Shown: positions 56,542 to 64,000 of the stretch, in pieces
How the letters are laid out: every line of letters starts with the position of its first letter
Numbering within the stretch: the stretch's first letter is position 1
DNA from: Nitrospirota bacterium
GTDB taxonomy: Bacteria > Nitrospirota > UBA9217
Assembly: GCA_963741205.1 (NCBI GenBank)
Contig: CAVUHW010000015.1
Span: forward strand, 1 to 64,000
Direction: 5' to 3'
DNA length: 64,000 nt
Made by a program: the position numbers and the translations under genes
Notes under the pieces: model-generated
What the model saw: the letters and a program-made list of their open reading frames with translations, nothing else
Told to the model about the DNA's origin: nothing
Database searches by the model: none

Positions 56542-57525
56542 ATGGACAAACACCATGTAGTCATAACCTATAGGGTCAGCGAGGCGAAAAGGACGGTGTT
56601 CAACGCAGTTTTCGGAAAGGACACGCGGCTGACCTACCTTGCGGACATGCCGGCCGGGTTGAGGCAGCAGGCGCTGATCGACGCCGAGGTGCTCATTTCC
56701 TGGAACCTGCCCAGGGACCTGGGCCAGAGCGAGATAGGACTGCTTCAGAACGCCAGACTGATCCAGCTCCTTACCGCCGGCGCGGATTCCGTCCCCTATG
56801 CAGGGCTTCGGGAAGACATCATCATCGCGTGCAACGCGGGCGCCTATGCCGAACCCATGGCCGAACATGTTCTTGCCATGACCCTTGCCCTGGCCAAGAA
56901 CCTGCTTCGGGAGCATCAACACCTTGCGCGCGGCGAATTCAACCAGACGAAGCTCAACCGCATGCTGCGCGGCGCGGCGTGCGGGATCCTGGGCTTCGGC
57001 GGTATCGGAAGGGCCTCGGCCGGGCTGATGCGCGGTCTCGGGATGCGCATCCTCGCCGTGAACACAACGGGCAGGACCGATGAGCCCGTGGAATTCATCG
57101 GAACGCTTGCGGACCTCAGGCGCGTACTTTCCTCGTCGGACGTAGTGGTCGTCTCGTTGCCGCTCACCAAGGCTACGCGCGGCCTCATTGGCGAGCGTGA
57201 GCTCGAATGGATGAAGCCCGATGCGATATTGATCAACGTGGCACGCGGGGAAATCATCGACGAGGCGGCGCTCTATGCCCATCTGGCGGACCATCCCGAC
57301 TTCAAGGCGGGCATCGATGCATGGTGGGTCGAGCCCTTTACGCACGGTGAGTTCACAACCCGCTACCCATTCCTCGCGATGCCCAATGTGCTTGGCTCGC
57401 CGCACAATTCGGCGATGACGCCGGGAGTGAACGACGAGGGCGCCAGGCGGGCCGCCGAAAACGTGAAACGATTCCTGATTGGAGAGCCGCTCACCGGCGT
57501 TGTGCGGAGGAACGAGTATGTGTAA
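56542..57525 (+). CDS. D-isomer specific 2-hydroxyacid dehydrogenase
   Basis: GILGFGGIG, LPLT, INVARGEIIDE and SPHNS. Confidence 0.92.
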   Translation: MDKHHVVITYRVSEAKRTVFNAVFGKDTRLTYLADMPAGLRQQALIDAEVLISWNLPRDLGQSEIGLLQNARLIQLLTAGADSVPYAGLREDIIIACNAGAYAEPMAEHVLAMTLALAKNLLREHQHLARGEFNQTKLNRMLRGAACGILGFGGIGRASAGLMRGLGMRILAVNTTGRTDEPVEFIGTLADLRRVLSSSDVVVVSLPLTKATRGLIGERELEWMKPDAILINVARGEIIDEAALYAHLADHPDFKAGIDAWWVEPFTHGEFTTRYPFLAMPNVLGSPHNSAMTPGVNDEGARRAAENVKRFLIGEPLTGVVRRNEYV

Positions 57526-57639
57526 CACCGGAAAATGCGGCGCCGGCAGGAGCAGCGTTTTCAATCCTCAGGCCCGCATGAGTGGAGAGGCGATCAAGCT
57601 TGCGGCCTGCTGCGTCAGGGGGGAGGGAGGAGACAAACC

Positions 57640-58098
57640 GTGGATGACATCAAACACATTCTCGTGGTGAGCAGAATGACGAAAGTCGACAGGAAGGCTT
57701 TTCAGTACGGCGTTTCTCTGGCCAGGGCCACGGGTGCGGGGCTCTCCCTCCTCTCTCTTGTCCCCGGATTTTTCGGGGACGAGAGCCGCAAGACGTTCTC
57801 GCAGTCCCGCGAGCTGGACTATCACCCGGGACTCACCAGCTTGAAAAGAAGGCTTGATGACCTCGTAGAGCTCGAGCGCTCCCGGGGACTGAGAGTCAAG
57901 AAACTGACAAAAGAGGGGCCGCCCGCGGAAGTGATCGTGAAAACAGCAGTGGAAGAGCTTATCGATCTCCTGATCTTGCCGGCGCACGAAGAGGGGAAGA
58001 TGGAACATTACCTCTTTTGCCGCGGCACCGATGACATCATTAAAAAATTGCCGTGCTCGATCCTGCTCGTGCAGGAGGATGTCCGGAGCAATACATAA
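57640..58098 (+). CDS. universal stress protein
   Basis: IKHILV, G.PAEVI, DLLIL and LPCSILLV; GTG start with RBS ggagg. Confidence 0.85.
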   Translation: MDDIKHILVVSRMTKVDRKAFQYGVSLARATGAGLSLLSLVPGFFGDESRKTFSQSRELDYHPGLTSLKRRLDDLVELERSRGLRVKKLTKEGPPAEVIVKTAVEELIDLLILPAHEEGKMEHYLFCRGTDDIIKKLPCSILLVQEDVRSNT

Positions 58099-58173
58099 AA
58101 GCCGCCGTCCTCCTTAAGATGTGAAGCACGGCGCCTCTGTTGCGACGGTCAAGCATGCGACGGTCAAAGCCTG

Positions 58174-58202
58174 TTGACAAGCGCGGGATGGTATGCTATC
58201 TT
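58174..58202 (+). promoter_or_regulatory. sigma-70 promoter of pal
   Basis: TTGACA-17-TATCTT with extended TG, preceded by the tandem tgcgacggtcaa x2 at 58141-58167. Confidence 0.6.
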
Positions 58203-58292
58203 CATTGAGAATTTTGGCTCGTCATTTCCTGCGTTCACTGTCCGAAACGATAACCTTCGAACACGGAGTGCAGCATAAGGGAGGTTGATGTC

Positions 58293-58886
58293 ATGAAGAG
58301 AAGAAGCCTTGTGCAGATCATGATTTTGTTGTCAATGAGCGTGTTGCTGTTGTGGGGCTGTCCCAAAAAGGCGGCGGTGACCAGCGCGCCTGAAACCCCG
58401 CCGGAGGTCCGCAAAGAAGCCGCGCCCGCAGAGGACGCTGCGAAGGCGGAGGAGGCGCGAAGGGCCGCCGAGGCCGCAGCAGCGAAGGCCGCCGAGGAGG
58501 CGGCAGCGGCGAGGGCCGCGGAGGAGGCGAGAGAGCGGGCCGCGACCGCGGCGAGTGGCCTCCAGCCGATCCATTTTGATTTCGATCAGTCCTTTATCCG
58601 CGACGACGCAAGGGCGGTGCTGAAGGCCAACGCCGATTGGCTCAAGTCCCACCCCAAGGTGAAAGTCAGAATCGAAGGCAACTGCGACGAGCGGGGAACG
58701 AAGGAGTACAACCAGGCCCTCGGTCAGCGGCGTGCCGCGAGCGCCAAGAAGTATCTTACCGATCTCGGCGTCTCCGCCCAGCGGATCTCGCTTATCAGCT
58801 ACGGTAAGGAAAAACCCGTCTGCGGCGAGAGCAGCGAGGACTGCATGCTAAAGAACCGCCGTGACGATTTCATCGCGGCGGAGTAG
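58293..58886 (+). CDS. pal: peptidoglycan-associated lipoprotein
   Basis: Lipobox LWGC, IHFDFD, IEGNCDERGT.EYN.ALG.RRA, SYGKEKP and NRR. Confidence 0.95.
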   Translation: MKRRSLVQIMILLSMSVLLLWGCPKKAAVTSAPETPPEVRKEAAPAEDAAKAEEARRAAEAAAAKAAEEAAAARAAEEARERAATAASGLQPIHFDFDQSFIRDDARAVLKANADWLKSHPKVKVRIEGNCDERGTKEYNQALGQRRAASAKKYLTDLGVSAQRISLISYGKEKPVCGESSEDCMLKNRRDDFIAAE

Positions 58887-59022
58887 GCGCGGAAGAAAAT
58901 GAATCGGGGGGAGTCGGAGAACCGGCGAAGGTGATCGCGGCTCTTCTTCTCCCCCGGTCTTCGTTTCCCCGTGTCGCCAATTCATAAACACCATCCGACA
59001 TCATGGCATCCAAAGAGAACAG

Positions 59023-59886
59023 ATGAAAAGAATTCTCGCTTTGCTCATCACGCTCCTGCTCGCGGCGGCGTGCGCCCCGCAGTCGGAACTCGTCAAAACG
59101 AGGTCCGACATGGGCGACTTGCGGGAAGACGTGAAGACGCTGAAGGCGCGCAATCTTGAACTGCAGAAACGACTCGACCATGACATGCAGAACATGCAAA
59201 AGCGCCTCGATGTCCTCGACGCGAATGCCAAGGGGGGCGGCGATACGCAGAAGATGATCGCCGACTACGGCGCGAAGACCGACCAGATCACCACGGACAT
59301 CCAGCTTCTCCAGGGCAGGCTTGAAGAAAATAATTTTCGTCTCGCGGAACTCGCGCAGAAAATGGACGATCGGTCCGTCAAGATCTCCGAACTAACGGCG
59401 AGGATGGACGAGGCCGATGCAAAGCTCAAGCTGCTGAGCTCGGGGCCGTTGCTTTCGGTGATATCCGCTACCGCGTCTCCGCAGGACAAGCAGCCCCAAC
59501 CCAAGACGATCGAGCCGTCCGATGCCTACCGCCAGGCGAAAAGCGATTACGATAAGGGCAATTTCGACCTCGCACTTGCCGGGTTCCAGAATTATCTTGC
59601 CCAGTTTCCCAATGCCAGCCAGGCGGACAATGCACAGTACTGGGTCGGCGAATGTTATTATTCCCTGAAGGACTACAACAAGGCGATAGATGCCTTTTCC
59701 AAGGTCATCAAGAACCATCCCAAAAGCGACAAGGCGGCCGGCGCCAAGCTCAAGATCGGCCTGACCTACCTGAACGAAAAAAATAACGTCAAGGCGAAAG
59801 AGTACCTCACCAGGGTCGTCAAGGAACATCCGGGAACGAACGAAGCGGCAATCGCCAAAGAACGCCTCGCCAAGATAGGCAAGTAA
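59023..59886 (+). CDS. cpoB: Tol-Pal system protein CpoB/YbgF
   Basis: Coiled coil plus TPR (NAQYWVGECYY, A.LKIG), downstream of pal. Confidence 0.9.
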   Translation: MKRILALLITLLLAAACAPQSELVKTRSDMGDLREDVKTLKARNLELQKRLDHDMQNMQKRLDVLDANAKGGGDTQKMIADYGAKTDQITTDIQLLQGRLEENNFRLAELAQKMDDRSVKISELTARMDEADAKLKLLSSGPLLSVISATASPQDKQPQPKTIEPSDAYRQAKSDYDKGNFDLALAGFQNYLAQFPNASQADNAQYWVGECYYSLKDYNKAIDAFSKVIKNHPKSDKAAGAKLKIGLTYLNEKNNVKAKEYLTRVVKEHPGTNEAAIAKERLAKIGK

Positions 59887-59996
59887 GGTTTCATGCCGCG
59901 TCAACTATTTCGCGCCGACAGCGGAGAGCATTTCTTATCTACCCTCCGCGCGCTCATCGATTTTACCTAGATCCTTTTATCCTGGAAAAAACACTT

Positions 59997-60123
59997 GGAC
60001 GCTGATTTGCGCAGATGCACGCAGATATTTAAGAGCGTGAGTAAAATCTCAAGTCGCCTTTTTTTGTGAATACCGACTTGCGATTATTTTTTTACCTGCG
60101 AAAATCTGCGTTCATCTGCGTCC
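59997..60123. repeat. inverted repeat element (cgcagat type)
   Basis: ggacgctgatttgcgcagatgcacgcagat ... atctgcgttcatctgcgtcc. Confidence 0.7.
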
Positions 60124-60373
60124 AACTGCCATTTTTTTTTAGACATCCTCTTCGCTTTTTTATTGGATTGTGAACACCCTGATTCTCATTCCTCCCTGCC
60201 CCGGCGCGCTCTGGGTGTTTCACTGTATCATATACTACATCCTCTTCAGCAGCCGCTTCAAAAGGAAAGCTGCCCCGCTATCGGCCGATTCATAAACGTT
60301 TGATATATAATTGTAGTCAATGATCATCGTGATGGCCTGGACATTGCATCAGCATCAAGCCAGGAGGTACGCA

Positions 60374-61621
60374 ATGCGGATAAAGCTGCTCGTTTTTCTG
60401 GTTTATTCTCTCGTACTCATCCATCCTGCTCAAGCCGAACAGCAGGTCATAAACCTCAAGGACCTCGAGCAGGAAGCGATCCGGAACAACCCCGAAATCC
60501 TCACGGCCCAGCAGAGGACCGAATCTACACGGGAGAGGGCGTCCTTTGCCGCGGCGATGCCGGACCCGATGATCGGTTACATGGTCCAGAACGTTGGATC
60601 GCCTTTCGCCTGGAGCGTGGGGCAAGAGGACATGAGCATGCAGGGGGTGGTTTTCTCGCAGGAGATACCCTTTCCTGGCAAACTGAGCGCGAAAGGGAGG
60701 GCGGCGGAAAAGGAGTCCGAACGCACGTCGGAGGCGGCCCGTGAAACCAAGCTCAGGGTCCTCTCGAACCTGCGGACCGCGTATTACGACTATTACCTCG
60801 CCTTCAAATCCGTCGAAATATTGGACAAGACAAAAGAGCTGATGAAAAATTTCCAGCGCATTGCCGAAACGCGGTACGCGACGGGTCAGGGCATGCAGCA
60901 GGACGTCTTGCGCGCGCAGGTCGAGGTCTCAATGCTCCTCGACAAGATCGCCGAGCAGGAACAGAAAAAAGAGGCCCAGGCCGCCACGATCAACAGGCTC
61001 GCGGGACGCGACCCGCTGGCGCCTCTCGGCAGGCCCGCAGAGCTGACCGCCGCAACCTTTGGCCGGAGCCAGGAAGAGGTCGCCGCCATGGCCCTGAAGC
61101 ACTCCCCCGTGCTTGAAGAGCGGCGACACATGGTCGAGCAGAGCAGGGAGGAACTGTCGCTCAGCAAGAAGGAGTTTCTGCCCGATATGGTTGTTTCCGG
61201 CGGATGGTTCTCGAGGGGCGAGAAGCAGGATGTATGGTCTGCGAGCGTCATGTTCAAAGTCCCCCTCTATTTCTGGAACAAGTCCACGGCGGTCCGGGCC
61301 GCATCGGCGGACGTCCTCTCGACCGAGCACGATTACGATGCGGCCAGGCTTGATGCGCTCGCGCGCGTCAAGGACCTCTATACCACGATCAAGACGTCGG
61401 AGCACCATATCCACCTTTACGAGGAGGGCATTATTCCCCAGGTGCGGCTCGCCCTGCAGTCGGCTGCCACGAATTATCAAGTGGGCAAAACGGACTTTCT
61501 GACGCTCCTCGACAGCGAAAGCCTCCTGCTCAAATATCAATTGATGCAGCAGGAAGAGCTGGTGAACTGGAACAAGAATCTTTCCATGATCGGGGAACTG
61601 ACGGGAGAAGAGCATGAATAA
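60374..61621 (+). CDS. TolC family outer membrane efflux protein (CusC/CzcC-like)
   Basis: NNPEI, SQEIPFPGKL, RYATGQG.QQDVL and YQVGKTDF.TLLD; first gene of the CBA operon. Confidence 0.9.
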   Translation: MRIKLLVFLVYSLVLIHPAQAEQQVINLKDLEQEAIRNNPEILTAQQRTESTRERASFAAAMPDPMIGYMVQNVGSPFAWSVGQEDMSMQGVVFSQEIPFPGKLSAKGRAAEKESERTSEAARETKLRVLSNLRTAYYDYYLAFKSVEILDKTKELMKNFQRIAETRYATGQGMQQDVLRAQVEVSMLLDKIAEQEQKKEAQAATINRLAGRDPLAPLGRPAELTAATFGRSQEEVAAMALKHSPVLEERRHMVEQSREELSLSKKEFLPDMVVSGGWFSRGEKQDVWSASVMFKVPLYFWNKSTAVRAASADVLSTEHDYDAARLDALARVKDLYTTIKTSEHHIHLYEEGIIPQVRLALQSAATNYQVGKTDFLTLLDSESLLLKYQLMQQEELVNWNKNLSMIGELTGEEHE

Positions 61622-62837
61622 CAGAAAATGCGGAAAACGGAAAGCACCCTGCACTCGCGATGCCACTCGTAAGCGCTGGGCACGGGCGGAGTGCGGAACG
61701 GGGAAGGGCCCTTCCTTCCTCCTCGTATGGTGCGCCGCGATTGCTGTCTCGTTGTCAGGACTGCCGCTCCTGGCCCAGGAACACGCGGGCCACGGGGCCC
61801 CGACGAAGAGTGCAGCCCCGCCAAAACAGGCTGAAACCCCGCCTCCCATCACGCTCTCCCCCGACAAGGTCCAGTTGATCGGCGTGCGCACGGCGGCAGC
61901 CGAATACCGTCCGCTTGACAAGCAGATCCGCACGGTGGGCAAGGTGGAGACCGACGAGACCCGCCTGGCCTATGTGAACACCAAGATCGCCGGCTGGGTG
62001 AAGAAGCTTTACGTCAACTATACCGGCAAACAGGTAGAAAAGGGCGAGCCCCTCCTGTCGATTTACAGCCCCGACCTTGTCACGGCCCAGGAGGAATATC
62101 TGAACGCCCTGCGATCTGCAAGCTATGCTCCGCACGAGGCGGGCGCAATGCCGGAGGTGGAGTCCTCGCACAAGGAGCTCCTTGAATCGGCAAGAAGACG
62201 GCTGCAGCTCTGGGACATCACGGACGCGCAGATCGCCGAGCTCGAGAAGACCGGCAAGCCGCAGACGGAGATGGTCATTGCGGCGCCGCTGACCGGCACC
62301 GTGCTCGAAAAGATGGTGCTCGAAGGCGCCTACATCACGCCGGGCATGAACCTGTACAGGATCGCAGACCTCTCGTCCGTCTGGATCATGGCGGACATCT
62401 ATGAATACGAGGTGCCCCTGGTCAAGGTCGGCCAGGTTGCGCGGGTGACCCTGCCGTACCAGTCCGGAGAGGTTCACAGCGCGACGGTGAACTATATCTA
62501 CCCGACGCTCGATCCGGTGAGCCGGACCGTCAAGGTGCGGCTGGCCATGAAGAACCCGGGGCACTTGCTGAAGCCCGAGATGTTCGCAAACGTCGAGATC
62601 ATGGTTTCCTCGGGCCCACGGCTGGTGATCCCCCGCGAAGCAGTGCTGGACTCGGGTATGCGCAAGATCGTCTACGTGGAGAAGAAGCCCGGCGTGTACG
62701 AAATGCGCAGCGTGACCCTCGGCCAGCGCGGCGAGGAATACGTAGAAGTTTTAAAGGGGATCAATAAAGGGGAACGCGTCGTTACCTCAGGGAACTTTCT
62801 CATTGATTCCGAGAGCCAGCTGAGGACGGGGCAGTAA
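61614..62837 (+). CDS. cusB: CusB-like RND membrane fusion protein
   Basis: GWVKKL, IYSPDLVTAQEEYL, IADLS.VW, LKPEMFA and SGNFLIDSES. Confidence 0.9.
   Translation: MNNRKCGKRKAPCTRDATRKRWARAECGTGKGPSFLLVWCAAIAVSLSGLPLLAQEHAGHGAPTKSAAPPKQAETPPPITLSPDKVQLIGVRTAAAEYRPLDKQIRTVGKVETDETRLAYVNTKIAGWVKKLYVNYTGKQVEKGEPLLSIYSPDLVTAQEEYLNALRSASYAPHEAGAMPEVESSHKELLESARRRLQLWDITDAQIAELEKTGKPQTEMVIAAPLTGTVLEKMVLEGAYITPGMNLYRIADLSSVWIMADIYEYEVPLVKVGQVARVTLPYQSGEVHSATVNYIYPTLDPVSRTVKVRLAMKNPGHLLKPEMFANVEIMVSSGPRLVIPREAVLDSGMRKIVYVEKKPGVYEMRSVTLGQRGEEYVEVLKGINKGERVVTSGNFLIDSESQLRTGQ
61644..61697 (+). repeat. 54 bp element, copy A (inside the cusB N-terminal coding region)
   Basis: 50/54 identical to 62849-62902. 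Confidence 0.85.
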
Positions 62838-62848
62838 AATTTCGGATT

Positions 62849-62902
62849 GCACCCTGCACTCGCGTTACCACTCGTAAGCGCTGGGCACAGGCGGAATGCG
62901 GA
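62849..62902 (+). repeat. 54 bp element, copy B (cusB-cusA spacer)
   Basis: 50/54 identical to 61644-61697, followed by an inverted aatccgaa run at 62941-62971. Confidence 0.85.
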
Positions 62903-62981
62903 TTGCCGGTTCAGAAAGGCAGCGCCGAATATGCTTTTCCAATCCGAAATCCGAAATCAGTAATCCGCAATGAGGTAATTC

Positions 62982-64000
62982 ATGCTAGCCAGAATCATCG
63001 AGCTTTCAGCGCGCAATAAATTTCTTGTCTTTCTCCTCGTGGGCTTTCTCACGCTCTGGGGGGTCTGGGCGCTTTACCATACGCCGCTCGACGCCATCCC
63101 CGACCTTTCCGACGTCCAGGTGATCGTGTTCACCGAGTGGCCGGGACGGAGCCCGGACCTGGTCGAGGACCAGATCACCTATCCCATCGTCTCGACCCTG
63201 CTTGCGGCCCCCCGGGTGCGCGCGGTGCGCGGCAAGTCCTTCCTCGGCATCTCGTTCGTGTACGCCATCTTCGAGGACGGAACGGACATCTACTGGGCCA
63301 GGAGCCGCGTGCTCGAATACCTCCAGGGCGTTCAGGGAAAACTTCCCGCCGGCGTTACGCCGCAACTCGGGCCGGATGCCACCGGCGTGGGCTGGGGCTT
63401 TCAGTACGCGCTGGTCGATGAAAGCGGCGCGCACGATCTGGCCCAGCTCCGCTCCCTGCAGGACTGGACCCTCAAGTATGCCTTCGAATCGGTGCCGGGC
63501 GTATCGCAGGTTGCCTCCGTGGGCGGGTTCGTGAAGCAGTACCAGATCACCGTCGATCCGAACAGGCTCAACGTGTATAAACTGCCGCTCATGAAGATCA
63601 TGGAGGCGGTCAGGAGGAGCAACCGGGACGTGGAGGGCCGGGTCGTGGAGTGGTCCGGCAGGGAGTACATGGTCCGCGGCCGCGGATATATCAAGGACCG
63701 GACGGACATTGAGAAGATCGCCGTGGGCACCGACGGCAGGGGGACCCCCATTCTCATCCGCGATATAGCCTCGGTCCAATTGGGCCCCGAGATCCGGCGC
63801 GGCGCTGCGGACCTGGACGGCAAAGGTGAGACCGTGGGCGGCATCGTGGTCGTCCGCTTCGGCGAGAACGTGCTCGACGTGATCGAACGGGTGAAGGCGA
63901 AGATCGACGAGATCCGGCCGTCCCTGCCCGAAGGCGTCAAGATCGTCACCACCTACGACCGGTCCGAGCTGATCCGCCGCTCCGTCGACACGCTCCGCGA
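62982..64000 (+). CDS. cusA: CusA/CzcA family heavy-metal RND permease (runs off the window end)
   Basis: MLARIIELSARNKF, PLDAIPDLSDVQVIV, YWARSRVLEYL and GPDATGVGW. Confidence 0.93.
   Translation, partial: MLARIIELSARNKFLVFLLVGFLTLWGVWALYHTPLDAIPDLSDVQVIVFTEWPGRSPDLVEDQITYPIVSTLLAAPRVRAVRGKSFLGISFVYAIFEDGTDIYWARSRVLEYLQGVQGKLPAGVTPQLGPDATGVGWGFQYALVDESGAHDLAQLRSLQDWTLKYAFESVPGVSQVASVGGFVKQYQITVDPNRLNVYKLPLMKIMEAVRRSNRDVEGRVVEWSGREYMVRGRGYIKDRTDIEKIAVGTDGRGTPILIRDIASVQLGPEIRRGAADLDGKGETVGGIVVVRFGENVLDVIERVKAKIDEIRPSLPEGVKIVTTYDRSELIRRSVDTLR

Noticed and set aside
60300-60320. TTGA-N13-TCAA palindrome upstream of the efflux operon as a metal-regulator site
   Set aside because: The symmetry is weak and no regulator gene is nearby, so I cannot support it.

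Overview
The window looks like three unrelated genomic pieces joined end to end, with junctions near 12.5-12.7 kb and near 33.06 kb. Single-base indels split many core genes, as expected from uncorrected long-read consensus. (1) 1-~12.5 kb is a sulfatase-associated accessory island: Cys-type arylsulfatase, ClC, TrkA-domain channel, DUF1254/DUF1214 lipoprotein, DUF1302 porin and a LolA-like protein. A conserved 60-88 bp element with phased GTTCA repeats occurs three times there, each time directly upstream of a collapsed gene remnant. (2) ~12.7-33.06 kb is an AT-richer Bacteroidota-like (Chitinophagaceae-type) core region: tRNA-Asp, accA, dapA, an amino-acid permease, two ABC permeases with a sigma-54-type promoter, Smr, RNase P RNA, plsX-rpmF-yceD and a large subtilase. 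(3) 33.06-64 kb is a Nitrospirota/Deltaproteobacteria-like region: LigD, DUF72, a CBS protein under a GEMM-I (c-di-GMP-I) riboswitch, an acyl-CoA dehydratase activase, a TnpB-only IS200/IS605 element whose empty site can be rebuilt in frame, DAHP synthase, a toxin-antitoxin pair, a type III restriction remnant, sppA, an HATPase-less sensor, a BamA paralogue, pal-cpoB and a CusCBA-type efflux operon. Several families of small palindromic or oligomer repeats are scattered through it. All calls come from reading the sequence and recognising motifs; no database search was run, and taxonomic labels are inferences.
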